Position numbers and translations under genes: made by a program | The notes under the pieces: model-generated | The model's input: only the letters and a program-made list of their open reading frames with translations | Told to the model about the DNA's origin: nothing | Database searches by the model: none | Part shown: positions 25,115 to 37,819 of the stretch, one piece after another | Layout: each line of letters starts with the position of its first letter | Numbering within the stretch: the stretch's first letter is position 1 | Assembly (NCBI GenBank): GCA_038087875.1 | Contig: JAXLNO010000546.1 | Coordinates: 186,001 to 249,713 of the forward strand | Length of the DNA: 63,713 nt | Source of the DNA: Malacoraja senta | Lineage: Eukaryota | Direction of reading: 5' to 3'

Positions 25115-26700
25115 ACAAGGCTCAAATGTCAGCGAAGCATCACTCCCTTTCGAGCTCAATGCGTTTTACGCACCCTTTGATAGGGAGAACACTGATGTGC
25201 CTTCCCGAGCCCCCATTCGCCGTAATGGTATTTCGGTCACAGTCACAGAGGTCGACGTCAGAAGATCCTTTATAGGGCTGAACCCTCGGAAAGCACCTGG
25301 ACCTGATGGTATACTCGGGCGTGTTTTAAAAATCTGTGCAGACTAACTAGCTGGAATTTTTATGGACATTTCAACGTCTCACTTCTCAGGTCTGAGGTTC
25401 CCACCTGCTTTAAAGCGGCATCAATAATACCGGTGCACAGGAAGAGCAGGTGACATGCCTCAATGACTATGGCACTAACGTCTGTGGTGATGAAGTGCTT
25501 TGGCGCAAATCGACTAATACCTCGAGAGAAAACTGGACCCACAGCAGTTCGCCATAACAGATCAACGGTGGATGCTATCACACTGGCTCTCCACTCCGCT
25601 CTGGACCACTTGGACAACAAAAAATCATTTGTCAAGCTGGTATTCATCGACTACAGCTCGGCCATCATCCCAACCAAACTGGTTACCAAGCTCGCAGAAC
25701 TGGGTCTCTGCGCATCCCTCTGCAATTGATTACTCGACTTCCACACTCACAGACCACAGTCTGTCCATATTGGTGGAAATGTGTCATCCTCGATAACAAT
25801 CAGCACGGGAGCACCTCGAGGCTGCGTGCTCAGCCCCATGCTGTCCTCGCTCTATACTCATGACTGCGCAGCCGGACATAGTGCTAACTCCATCATCAAG
25901 TTCGCCGACGACACCACTGTTGTGGGACGTATCACTGATGGGGACGAGTCAGAGTTTAGAAGGTCGATCAACCAACTGACCAAATGGTGCCAGCGCAATA
26001 ACCTGGCTCTAAACACCAGCAAAACCAAGTAACTAATTGTGGACTTCGGAAGGGGGTAGGATGGGGACCATTTATATCAACGGGTCGATGGTGGAAAGGG
26101 TCAAGAACTTCTAATTCCTGGGCGTGCACATTTCCGAAGACCTCTCCTTGTCCCAGAACACTGATGCAATCAATAAGTAAACACATCCTGAGGAGATTAC
26201 GGAGCGTCGGTACGTCAAGGAGGACTCTCTCGAACTTATACAGGCGTACAGTAGATTGCATGCTGACCAGTTGCATGGTAGACAACCTGAGCGTCCAGGA
26301 GCAGAAAAGGCTGCAAAAAGTTGTAACTACTGCCCAGTCCATCATCGGCTCTAACCTCCCTACCATCGAGGGGATCTCTCGAAGTCGCTGCCTCAAAAAG
26401 GCTGCCAGCATCTCTCCACTGCCATCAGGTAGAAGGTACTGGAGCCCGAAATCTGCAACATCCTGGTTGAAGAAAAGCTACTTCCCCACAACCATCACAC
26501 TATTAAACACAACTTCAAACACACTCTGAACTATAACAGCCTAGTGCACTTAATCTGCTTATTGATGTGTTTATCTATATATCCTATGGTATATGGACAC
26601 ACTGATCCGATCTGTATTTATGACTACAATATCCTGTTGTGCTGCAGCAATGCAAGAATGTCATTGTCCTATCTGGGACACATGACAATAAACTCTCTTG
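25115..26700 (+). mobile_element. Rex1/Babar LINE RT to 3' end
   Basis: NPRKAPGPDGI, STGAPRGCVLSP, IIKFADDTTVVG; catgacaataaa tail. Confidence 0.94.
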
Positions 26701-27975
26701 TTTTGAAAAAAAGGGGAAGTACAACAGGATATGGTGGTCCTTCTTCATTAGTCAATGAAAGCATACACGTAGGTACAGCAGGTGGAGAAGAAAGCGAATG
26801 GCATGTTGGCCTTCATAACAAGATGAGCTGAGTATAGTAACAAGGAGGTCCTTCTGCAGCTGCACAGGGCCCTAGTGAGACATCACCTGGAGTATTGTGT
26901 GCAGTTTTGGTCTCCAAATATGAGGAAGGACTTTCTTGCTATTGAGGGGGTGCAGCGAAGGTTCACGAGGTTAATTCCCGGGAAGGTGGTACTATCATAT
27001 GCTATGAGAATGGAGTGACTGGGCGTGTATAACTCTGGAATTTAGAAGGATCAGAGAGGATCTTATTGAAACATAAAATTATTAAGGGTTTGGACATGTT
27101 AGAGGCAGGAGACATGTTCCCGATGTTGGGGGAGTCCAGAACTAGGGCCAGTTTAAGAATAAGGGATAAGCCATTTAGAACGGAGATGAGGAGACACAGA
27201 GAGTAGCGCGTCTGTGGATTTCACTTCCTCGGTGGGCGGTGAAGGCCGGTTCTCTGTATAATTACAAGAGAGAGCTAGATAGGCTCTTAAAGATAGCGGA
27301 GTCATGGGGATATGGGGAGAAGGCAGGAACGGGGTACTGATTGTGGATGATCAGTCATGATCACATTGAATAGTGGTGCTAGCTCGTAGGTCCGAAAGGC
27401 CTACCCCTGCACCTATTGTCTATTGATGTTTGACGGTATCTTTCCTAATGAAAGTGCTCAGAACTGAACGCAATATTCTAAATGCGGTCTCACCAATGTT
27501 TTGTACAATGGCAACATGACCTACATACTCTGTATGATGAAGGCCAATGTGGCAAAAGCCTTTTTTGATCACCTTATCTAGCTGCGAATTAACCTTCAAG
27601 GAACCATGCCACTGCAGTCCCAGAGACCTCTTGGCTACAACACTCCTCAGATGCCTACCATTCACTGTGTAGTTCCTGCCCTTGTTCGACGTCCAAAATG
27701 CAACAACACGCTATCAACCATTCCTCAGCCCACCTGGCCAATCTATCTGGATCCTGCCGGAATCTTTCTCAACTATCTTCGCTATCTGCAAAACTACCCA
27801 CTTTTGTATCATGAGCAAACTTGCTAGTCTTGCCCTATATGTTCTCATCCAAATTATTGATGTGGATGACAAACAATAACGGGTCCAGCGCCGAAACCTG
27901 AGGCACAGCACTCGTCACAGGCATCCACTCTGAGAAGCAACCTACCACCGTCATCGACTGCTTCCTTCCATGGAA
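26701..27975. mobile_element. CR1 3' fragment (+, to ~27430) followed by a CR1 fragment (-)
   Basis: Nucleotide similarity to the 41050-41780 CR1 end; antisense VTSAVPQVSALDP. Confidence 0.85.
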
Positions 27976-28014
27976 GCATGCAGTTATTTCCTTACATATT
28001 GCATTTTCCTTCAG

Positions 28015-28058
28015 CAAGGCGTAACGTATTTCCAAGAAGAGAGAATGGGGACAATAAG
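28015..28058 (+). pseudogene. Exon-like segment, possible CNBD phosphate-binding cassette
   Basis: Strong acceptor gcattttccttcag and donor aag|gtgagt. Reads QGVTYFQEERMGTIR, in phase with the preceding exon. A further acceptor at 28176 is followed by ..HVYILTK. Confidence 0.5.
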
Positions 28059-30049
28059 GTGAGTTCTCATGGATCGTTTATAAATTACATTAGAATCGCA
28101 TCGTTGCTTCGTGCAAACCTTGAGATTGAAACTGATGCGCAGAGAAGAGGTCATTTTAAAATTAACTTTCTTCAAGGTGCATGTGTATATACTTACCAAG
28201 ATCGCCAAGATACGACTGTCCGTTTACAAATGACTGAGACACCAGCAATATCCCGAAAAGGAAGAAAAGTGTCATGACCATTCTTCTGTAGTAGAACTTT
28301 TTTTTCTGGATGAGAGATCTGGAAAGGAAATGTGGAATCTAACCTGAGTTCTTCTGCTTATATTGATCTGTGTGGCGTCGTGTGGATTCGCGATTGGTCT
28401 ATCGATGATTATGGCAAGGCAGGGATGGGTGTGCCTCCAGAGCTGCTTTCGATTGGAGGATATGGACGATGAGGAGCGTTTTGACACACTTGGATTGTTT
28501 TACCTGGAGTGGAATAAAATGAGGGTGACCTCCCAGATGTTTCTAAAATTCTGAAAGATACAGTTAGGATAATCTAATCGTCTTCCGCATTATTGATACC
28601 CAAATATTATAGGATAATAGGATCGAGGTCAGAGGGCAGTAGATATGCGGGCCATGCCTAAACCCAGAGAGTGACAGCTATCAGGAACGCGTCGCCATTT
28701 CTGGTGGTGAAACCTGATGAAATTGGTACGATTAGGATATATGCCTATGGAATGTGTTGATAGGAATCATATGCATGCATCAATAATTTGTTTAATGTGG
28801 CATTATGTTTCACACAGCTGTCGTGGGACGAAGGGCCTATTCTTGTGCTGTACTTTTCTATACCCCATGTTGAAATGCACGGATCAGTGGGCAAAAGAAA
28901 AATGGAGGAAGTTTATTATGAGGATGCTTGTGGTCCTCCAGTTCTGCAGGAAATTTATTGAAGTCGGAGAAGGAAGAGGTAGAGCATGAGAAACAGCAGG
29001 TCGGCATGATATTTGCGAGTGACTGTAAAAGCAATTTAATTGTGATCTTTCAGTTAAAGGAAATCGATTATTGTAGGTAGCTGACGAATCGTGTGAAACT
29101 TCAGATGTTTTTGTTCTTGTCAAACGTGTTTACATCTAGGTACCGATAATATCCAGATGCAAATGTCTTTATTCTGCGGATCAATAGTTGAGAATGTAGA
29201 TGAGACAAATACAAAACATTGAAAATCAAACAAGTACATGGATCGGAAAACTTAAATGGGATTATGACTAAATGTGGGAAATTGGAAAGCTGTACCGTGT
29301 CGCCATGTATCTACTGTTCTCCTTTTCTTGTTCCCACCCTCGTGTCCCACAACTTGAAACACTCATGAAACTCAGCAGGCCTTTACAATTCTGGAAGAAA
29401 GCCTGCTCTGGCAAGGTGAATCGCATTGAATGCAGGGATCGGTGAGGGTATATTTTGTAGATACCACTAAAAAGGGAGATATTGCCGATAGCAAAGTTGG
29501 TTATCAATGATTGTAGCAGCATGTTTATCAGCAGGAAATCTGCGGCGAGGAAAGGCTAAAGGAGCTTAATGCAGTACAATGTGAGATGTTACATTTTTGG
29601 AAGTGAAATGAAGGCACGACTTTCACGGTACGTGGTGGGGCCCAAGAGAGTAATGTAGCAGAGTACATGTTTGTTTCTCCAGGAAACTGGAATACTCAGA
29701 ATACTCGTTCATCCGGAAGTCTCAATTGGCTTAGCTAGACAAGAGTTGATGAACCACAGAGCAAATTAGCAGACACGCACAAAAGCACCTGAAGGTGGCA
29801 TTCATGTAGCAATCCTGGACGTCCAATTAACTCCTTTTTGGAACTTTCCCCTGGTCCCTGCCAATCACTGTGAAGGTACTGCACTGGTTTATATCCCAAA
29901 ATGCAACAACTCTTGCACTGCATTAAAATCTATTGAACACTAGACCAGGGGGGAGGGGGGCGTAGGGACCGTCCCCTCAACGCGCGGTTGGGAGAGGGGC
30001 TGCGGCATCACACACACACTAACCACCCCCCACACACATACACAAACAC

Positions 30050-30500
30050 AGCGGGGAGGGGGAGGTAGTGGTGGAGGGGAGGAAGGGTGTAGGGGAGGTA
30101 GTGGGGGAAGAGGGGGCGGAAAGGGAGGGGAAGGGAGGTGGAAGGGGAGGGAGAGAGTAGAAGGGGAGGGGACTGGGGGAGGGGGGTGGGGGGAGGGTTG
30201 GAGGAGGAAGAGGGGGGTAGCGGAGAGAGATGAGATGGAAAGAGCGGGGAAGGTGGAAAGGGAGGGGGGGTGCGGGTGCGACTGCGTGGAGAGGGGAGGG
30301 CGGGGAGGTGGAGGGGGGAGTGGAGAGGGGTGCGGTGGATGGAGGGCAGAGGGGTGGAGGGGGCGGGGAGGGAGAGAGAGGACGAAGGAGAGAGATAGGA
30401 GGAGGAAGAGAAGGTTGGAAGCGGGGAGAGAGAGGAGGGAGGGAGAGAGGGGGTGTGGTGTGAGAGGGGGAACGGAGGGGAGGGGAGGAGGAGGAAGAGG
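30050..30500. repeat. G/A-rich polypurine low-complexity tract
   Basis: Many G-runs and almost no pyrimidines. Confidence 0.95.
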
Positions 30501-30589
30501 GGTCGGACGGCCGGCCGAGTGCAAGTATTGACACGATCAGGGGCTGCATATGTTGACAGTTTGCAGGCAGGCGATCATCGAGTTGATGT

Positions 30590-31585
30590 ATCGCCAACTA
30601 TCGTCCTCCTGTGGCGACCAGCGTTCATGGAGGGCCTCCGGGGTCCCCGTGGACACCGCGTGTTCCCTCTCCGGGGACTCGCGGGCGGGGTCCAGGGTGA
30701 GGGGCTGGCGGTCGACCCCGGTGCGGCCATCGGCTCCCCGCAGGTGCCGTCTTTGCCGGGCCCAGGAGTTTAGAAGAATGAGAGGCGATCTCATTGAAAC
30801 ATATAAGATCGTGAGGGGCCTTGATCGGGTGGATGCACAGAGGATGTTCCCAATGATCGGGGAAACTAGAACTAGGGGACATAGTTGCAGAATAAGGGGG
30901 GGCTCTTTTAAAACTGAGATGAGGAAGAACTTCTTCACCCAGAGGGTGGTTAATTTATGGAATTCACTGCCCCAGGGAGCAGTGGAAGCAGAAACATTAA
31001 ATATATTTAAGTCTAAAATAGATGTTTTTTTAGCTGCCAAGGGGATAAGGGGCTACGGGGAGAGGGCAGGGATATGGACCTAGGTAGGGTTAGTATAGTA
31101 AGACCTGAGTGATCTCCTGGACAAGTGTCGATCGCCTGGATTGGGGTCGGAGAGGAATTTCCCGGATTTTTTTCCCGAATTGGACCTGGGTTTTTATCCG
31201 GTTTTTTGCCTCCCCCAGGAGATCACGCGGTTCTTGGGGTGGAGAGGGGTGATAGAGGTATAAAGGGGAGGGTAGTGTCTTGTGTTCTGTGTCTTGTGTC
31301 TACTGTTTGTGGGTAGGAGTGTCTGTTTGGTGTTCAGCCATGAGCGAATGGCGGTGCGGGCTCGATGGACCTGGTGGTCTACTCTCGCACCTACTTTCTA
31401 TGATTCTATGATTCTATGATTCTAACCCCCCCATCCCTCACGGCCCTCCACCCTCTGTACCGGGTGCCCAGGTGTCGGGAGTGTGGGACTGGTATGAGGC
31501 CGGGGCTTGGAGAGCGGCCCCTTCGGATGGTTAAGCTGCGGCCTCTCACGCTTACTCTTCATCGGCTTCAATCCAGAGTCCTGGG
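30590..31585 (-). mobile_element. Tx1/L1-clade LINE ORF2 C-terminal fragment inside a Helitron, split by a CR1
   Basis: Translations GHPVQRVEGRE, LLGPAKTA and EREHAVSTGTPEALHERWSPQ resemble the C-terminus of fish/shark Tx1-type ORF2 as I recall it. Confidence 0.65.
30766..31423 (+). mobile_element. 5'-truncated CR1 LINE with (attctatg)n tail
   Basis: EFRRMRGDLIETYKI...FFTQRVVNLWNSLP, with the tail at ~31397-31423. Confidence 0.93.
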
Positions 31586-31946
31586 GGGGGGGGCGGCTGG
31601 GCCACGTAATTCGCATCTCGTGGAAAACTGTGCCCACCACGCCGCGCGCGCAACTGGCCGCCAGGAGCAGAGGCAGCTTGTGGAAAACAGTGCCCCTGCG
31701 CGTTGAAAGTTCTGCGCAGCTTGCCGCGAAGAGCAAAGGCATTGTTACGTCATCAGCTCTCTTCAACAGCTAGTTAAAAAAAAACTCAGATTGGTGAACA
31801 ATTTTCGTAAAAAACTTGGGATTTATTGAATCAAATTTTCAAATGAGGGATTTTTGACATCATGAGGTAAATCTCTAACGGAATATGTAAAGTTGTCACC
31901 GTTACCGCGTCGGGTTTTCCAAGAGATGTGAATCACATATGAAAAG

Positions 31947-32254
<308 letters not shown>

Positions 32255-32585
32255 TACATCCACATCCACGATCAGAGTTTTATAAATTACTAGATTAAGT
32301 GGGATCCGTTGGATTCCATGTTCGCACGGGAGGGCTGGGTCCCCAACGCAATATACCACCTCTCCACCAATTCCAATATTAGTGGCCAGGGCGGGGTTCT
32401 TTCTGAAGGGCTAGTATGGTTGTTGGTAGTACGGGCTGAAGGGACTGGTTTCCAGAGGGCTAATATGGACATTGTGGGCCAAATGAATTCTTGGGGTGGC
32501 AGCTCAGTCACTCAAGCCTGATGTGGTGGCAACTCACTCACGGCTGGTGGGCTGGCAGTTGACTCACGGCTATTCCTTGAAATTC

Positions 32586-33128
32586 CATTTCAAGCAGGGT
32601 GCAAGGCTGCCAAATTCAAAAGCAGTTTCTAACCACTTCAAGCAGGGTGCAAGGCCTACAAATTCAAGTGCAGTTTCATACCTCTTCAAGCAGGGTGCAA
32701 GGCCACCGAATTCAAGTGCAGTTTCCTACCACTTCAAGCAGGATGCAAGGCCACCAAACTCAAGTGCGGTTTCATGCCATTTCAAGCAGGGTGCAAGGCC
32801 ACCAAATTCAAGTGCTGCTTCATACCATTTCAAGCAGAGCGCAAGGTCATCAAATTCAAGTGCAGTTTCATACCACTTCAAGCAGGGTGCAAGGCCACCA
32901 AATTCAAGTGCAGTTTCGTTCCACTTCAAGCAGGGTGCAAGGCCACCAAATGCAAGTGCAGTTTCGTACCACTTCAAGCAGGGTGGAAGGCCACCAAATT
33001 CAAGTGCAGTTTCATACCACTTCAAGCAGGGTGCAACGCCACCAAATTCAAATGCAGTTTCATACCATTTCGTGCAGGGTGCAAGGCTACCACATTTAAA
33101 TGCCGTTTTATACCGTTTCAAGCAGGGT
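32586..33128. repeat. 48-bp minisatellite, ~11.3 units, inside a Helitron
   Basis: Unit cacttcaagcagggtgcaaggccaccaaattcaagtgcagtttcatac, which gives the 16-aa periodic ORF 32496..33191. Confidence 0.97.
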
Positions 33129-33544
33129 GAAACCACCATAAAACTACCATTAAACCACATAAAACACCACAAAACACAACACACAGTTTAGTAAACATTC
33201 AGTGTGTTCTGTTGATTCACAGCTCAGACCTTTCCTACCCCATCTTGTCGTGACCTCTTCCTCCCCATCTTGCAGAGACTAAGCCACACACACACACTTC
33301 CGTGTTTTATAATCGACCCCGCTCCCTACGGAATGGGCGTGGGCTTCATGGCGCGATTGACATGAGAGAGATTCCCAAAATGTTTTAAACACTAATAGCA
33401 CTTTCATTTTTCACTGATGGGTAGAATCCACTGCAGCTGATGAGCGGAGGGGGACTGAGTAAGATGGCCAAAAATCCAGCCATAAGTGGTAGCGTTTTAT
33501 CTAAAATCAATATACAGTGCAATCAGGAAGTTGTCAAGTTTCCA

Positions 33545-33715
33545 CAACCAACAGCCATTTGCAGTGCTTCACTTCAAACCAACCACCGCCAACAGCCATG
33601 TGCAGTGCTTCACTTCAAACTAACCACCACCAACAGCCATTTGCAGTGTTTCACTTCAAATCAACCACCACCAACAGCCATTTGCTGTGCTTCCCTTCAA
33701 ACCATTTCCATTTTC
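33545..33715. repeat. ~41-bp tandem repeat, ~4 units
   Basis: accaacagccatttgcagtgcttcacttcaaaccaaccacc repeated. Confidence 0.9.
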
Positions 33716-34599
33716 AAACCGTATTAAGGGCACTCATGGTAAGTAAAACCGCACTCACAGTTAAGTAGACATGTGTTCAGTGTTGTTTACAGCTCAGACT
33801 GAGAGACGTGACCCTCTCGCTCCCCCATCTTGCAGAGGCTGAGTGAGACACTCAACACTTCCGGGTTTTATAGTCCCTACGGAAGGAGCATGGCATTCAG
33901 GAGAGAGAATCTAAACATTTTTAAAACACTAATAACTCTTTTATTTTTCATCGATGGAAGAAATCCTCTTGTCCTGCGCAGCGCAGGGGATCTCTAAGTA
34001 CGATGGCCAGTAATAGTAATGTAGATAAAATGATTGCTCAGCTCACTTGCCAAATTGGATCAGGACCATTTTGGTAATTTTCGATAAACATGTTCGCTAC
34101 CTACGAAACCATGAACTCTTGCATCTTCTGCAAAAGTACTGTCCTGCTATTGACATTCTCAACAATATTGCTGATATAAATCACAAGCAGCAGTAGGCCA
34201 AGCACCTATACGCGAGACACAAACCTCAAGACCGAAAATGAAACTTCCACTACCTCTCCCTGCTTCCATCTATGAGAATAATTCTTTATCGATTCGGATG
34301 GCTCTTCTTGGATGTCATGTGATATAACTTCCATTGCAGCTTATCATGCTTGATTGAGATGGTACATTTTCCAATGTTTAATACAGGTGCAACGCGCGTA
34401 TTCAGCAATAACCATATAACCATATAACAATTACAGCACGGAAATGTTCTGTCGTCTAAATCCTATACATTCCGTATCACAGACAAGCAGTTGGATAAAT
34501 GTAGTGAGGATGCTTGCTCCCACTAGTCAGAATGAAGCTGTATATTTTTGTTTATTATAATCCCTGCAGCTGGGGTTCTTTGGCGGGATTATGGGATGG

Positions 34600-37275
34600 C
34601 GTGTTGCCTCCCATAAGTGAGGATCCAGGACATAATGGAATGATTGCAGAGCATCCTCAAGCGTGATGGTGAGCAGCCGAAAGTGGTAGTGCATGTCTGC
34701 ACAAATAACATCGGGAAGAAGAGGAAAGATATTCTGCAGCGTGACTATAGAGAGCTCGAACGAAGACTGAAAAGCAGGACCTCCTATATGCATATCTCCG
34801 GTTTGCTTCTCGTTGCTCCTGCGGCCGAGGGTAGGAACATGGAGATAGGGAAATAAGGGAAAGAGAGTTTAGGGAAAGTTAAGAAATACACAGAAATAAA
34901 GGGGTAGAAAGTTTACTAGGAGATGGGAGAGTTTGGCAAAGCCAAATAGGATTCGATGTGAAAGGTGAGGTGAGTAATGGATTAAAATTATTGTACATGA
35001 ATGCACGAAGTCTAAGAAGTAAAGTGGATGATCTTGAGGCTCAGTCAGAGATTGGAAGATATGACATTGTACAGAGACAAGGCTGCAGGAGGATCGGGAC
35101 TGATAAATGAATATTCAGGATTATACGTGCTATAGAAAAGACTGGAAGGTGGGCAGAGGGGTGGGGTAACTGTTGGTGAGGGATGAAATTCAGTCCCTTG
35201 TGAGGAGTGACATAGCAACTGATGATGTAGAGTCGCTGTGGATAGAATTGAGGAATAGTAAAGGTAAGGATACACTAATACAATTTTGAAGAAATGAGCG
35301 AGAGAAAAAACAAGCAATTATAGACCAGTTAGCCTGACACCGGTGGTGGGTAAGATGTTGGGGTCAATTGTTAAAGAAGTTATAATGACGCATTTGGAGA
35401 GCAGTAAAAGGATTGATCCAGATCAGCATGGATTTATGAAAGGCAAATCCTGCTTAACTGCTCTTCTGGAATTTTTTAAGGATGTAACAAGTAAAATGGA
35501 TGAAGGAGAGCGAGTGGATGTAGTATATCTGTCTTTCAGAAAGCCTTTTATAAGGGCCCACATAGGAGATTAGTAGGCAATATTAGAGCACATGGTATTG
35601 GGGGTAGGGTATTGACATGGACCGACGATTTGTTGGCAAACAGGAAACAAAGAGTAGGAATAAACGGGTCCCTGTCAGAATGTCAGAGAGTAATGGTGGA
35701 TGGCTGTTTGTCAGGTTGGAGGCCGGTGACTAGTGGGGTGCCTCAGGGGTCTGTGTTGGGTCCACTGTTGTTTGTCATGTACATCAATGATCTGGATGAT
35801 GGTGTGGAAAATTGGATTAGTAAGTATGCAGATGATACTAAGATATGTGGTGTTGTGGATAATGAAGTAGATTTTCAAAGTCTACAGAGAGATTTAGGCC
35901 ATTTGGAAGAGTGGGCTGAAAGATGGCAGATGGAGTTTAATGCTGACAAATGTGAGGTGCTACATCTCGGCAGGACAAATCAAAATAGGACGTACACGGT
36001 AAATGGTAGCGAATTGAGGAATGCAGTTGAACAGAGGGATCTAGGAATAACTGTGCATAGTTCCCTGAAGGTGGAATCTCATTTAGATAGGGTGGTAAAG
36101 AAAGCTTTTGGTGTGCTGGCCTATATAAATCAGAGCATTGAATATAGAAGTTGGGATGTAATGTTAAAATTGTACAAGGCATTGGTGAGGGCAATTCTGG
36201 AGTATGGAGTACAATTTTGGTCGCCTATTTATAGGAAGCATGTCAACAAAATAGAGAGAGTACAGAGGAGATTTACTAGAATGTTGCCTGGGTTTCAGCA
36301 ACTAAGTTACAGAGAAAGGTTGAACAAGTTAGGTCTTTATTCTTTGGAGCGCAGAAGGTTAAGAGGGGACTTGATAGAGGTCTTTAAAATTATGAGCGGG
36401 TTAGACAGAGTGGACGTGGATAAGCTTTTCCCGTTGAGAGTAGGGAAGATTCAAACAAGGGGACATGACTTGAGAATTAAGGGACAGAAGTTTAGGGGGA
36501 ACATTAGGGGGAACTTCTTTACTCAGAGAGTGGTAGCTGTGTGGAATGAGGTTCCAGTGGAAGTGGTGGAGGCAGGTTCGATGTTATCCTTTAAAAATAG
36601 ATTGGATGGGTATATGGACGGGAAAGGAATGGAGGGTTATGGTCTGAGTGCAGGTAGATGGGACTAGGGGGAAGTATTTATTTTTAATTAAAAAAAAAAA
36701 AAAAAATTAAAAAAATGTTCGGCACGGACTTGAAGAGCCGAGATGGCCTGTTTCCGTGCTGTTATGGTTATATTATATAGGCGAGTGGAGTTACCAAAGG
36801 CTCAATGATGGGGCCGCATCTATTTACAATATGTATTAATGATTTATGTGAAGGGATTGAAAGTAACACTACCACATTTGCAGATGACACAGGGATGGGT
36901 AGCAGTGTGAACTACGGAGAGGCTGCAAGGAGGTTGAAGGGTTACTTGGACAACTTGACTGAGTGGGCAGTTGCATGGCAGATGCAATATAATGTAAATA
37001 AATGTGAGGTTATCCACTTTGCCGGCAAGAACAAGGAGGTAGATTATTATCTCAATGCTGTCAAATTAGGATAAAGGGAAGTGCAACGAGACCTGGGTGT
37101 CCTTGTACACCAGTCACTGAAAGTAAACATGCAGGTACAGCAGGCAGCAGGAATCATGGGATACGGGGAGAAGGCAGTCACGCGTTACTGATTGTGGTTG
37201 ATCAGCCATGATCACAATGGTTGGCGGTGCTGGCTGCAAATGGCCTCTTCCTGCAGCTATTTTATATATTTTTAT
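34600..37275 (+). mobile_element. Deleted CR1 with ORF1 SGNH-esterase remnant and ORF2 pieces (paralog 60055-62300, -)
   Basis: EQPKVVVHVCTNNIGK (esterase GxND block), QHGFMKGKSCLT, FADDT. Confidence 0.88.
35683..36780 (+). mobile_element. Young 5'-truncated CR1 with an open RT C-terminal frame
   Basis: ORF 35612..36667: SGVPQGSVLGPLLF, KYADDTK; (ggttata) tail; absent from the paralog at ~60945. Confidence 0.96.
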
Positions 37276-37445
37276 TTTTCCAGTGAACGTAGACCGTAGT
37301 GAGGGGCAGTTCGATCAGAAAGGCTGCAGACGATTTGCTAATAAGGGAGCATATTCTCGGTTGACTGGCAACTACATGAAGGGTGGAAATACATTTTTTT
37401 TGTGCCAGCTGCAATAATTCTTGTCTTATAGCTTCTCAATATCGG

Positions 37446-37546
37446 CTGTATCACTCTGCAGAAGGGTTTCGACCCATACGTCACACATTCCTTCTCTCGA
37501 GAAACGCTGCCTGTCCCGTTGTTACTCCAGCATTTTGTGTCTATCT
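37446..37546 (+). mobile_element. Penelope-like terminal repeat fragment with a degenerate hammerhead motif
   Basis: ctgcagaagggtttcgacccatacgtca...ttactccagcattttgtgtc; interrupts an exon-like segment. Confidence 0.65.
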
Positions 37547-37819
37547 ACTTTATCCCTTGTTAATGAGGGATACACAATGTAATTTGTTCTCTGACGCACG
37601 TTTGCTGGTCAGTCTGCCTCAGTTGAGGGTTTTCATGCACTATGATCGGGCGCCTCAGTCTCCAGTCGGCAATATACGCGTTGTCATCATGTATGCCTCA
37701 TTTCTGCTCACTGATGCATAAAAAATGAGGACGTTCTGTTTTACACTTTCCGCTCAATTGGAGTTCGGTGTCGTGCCAAAATCCGATGAAGTCTACACCG
37801 CCAGTCCTTGTTAACAGAT

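Noticed and set aside
29940..30597. Proline-rich and Gly/Arg-rich ORFs
   Set aside because: Translations of the polypurine low-complexity tract.
32586..33128. Regular repeats resembling a CRISPR array
   Set aside because: Units are contiguous with no unique spacers, there are no cas genes, and the context is eukaryotic.
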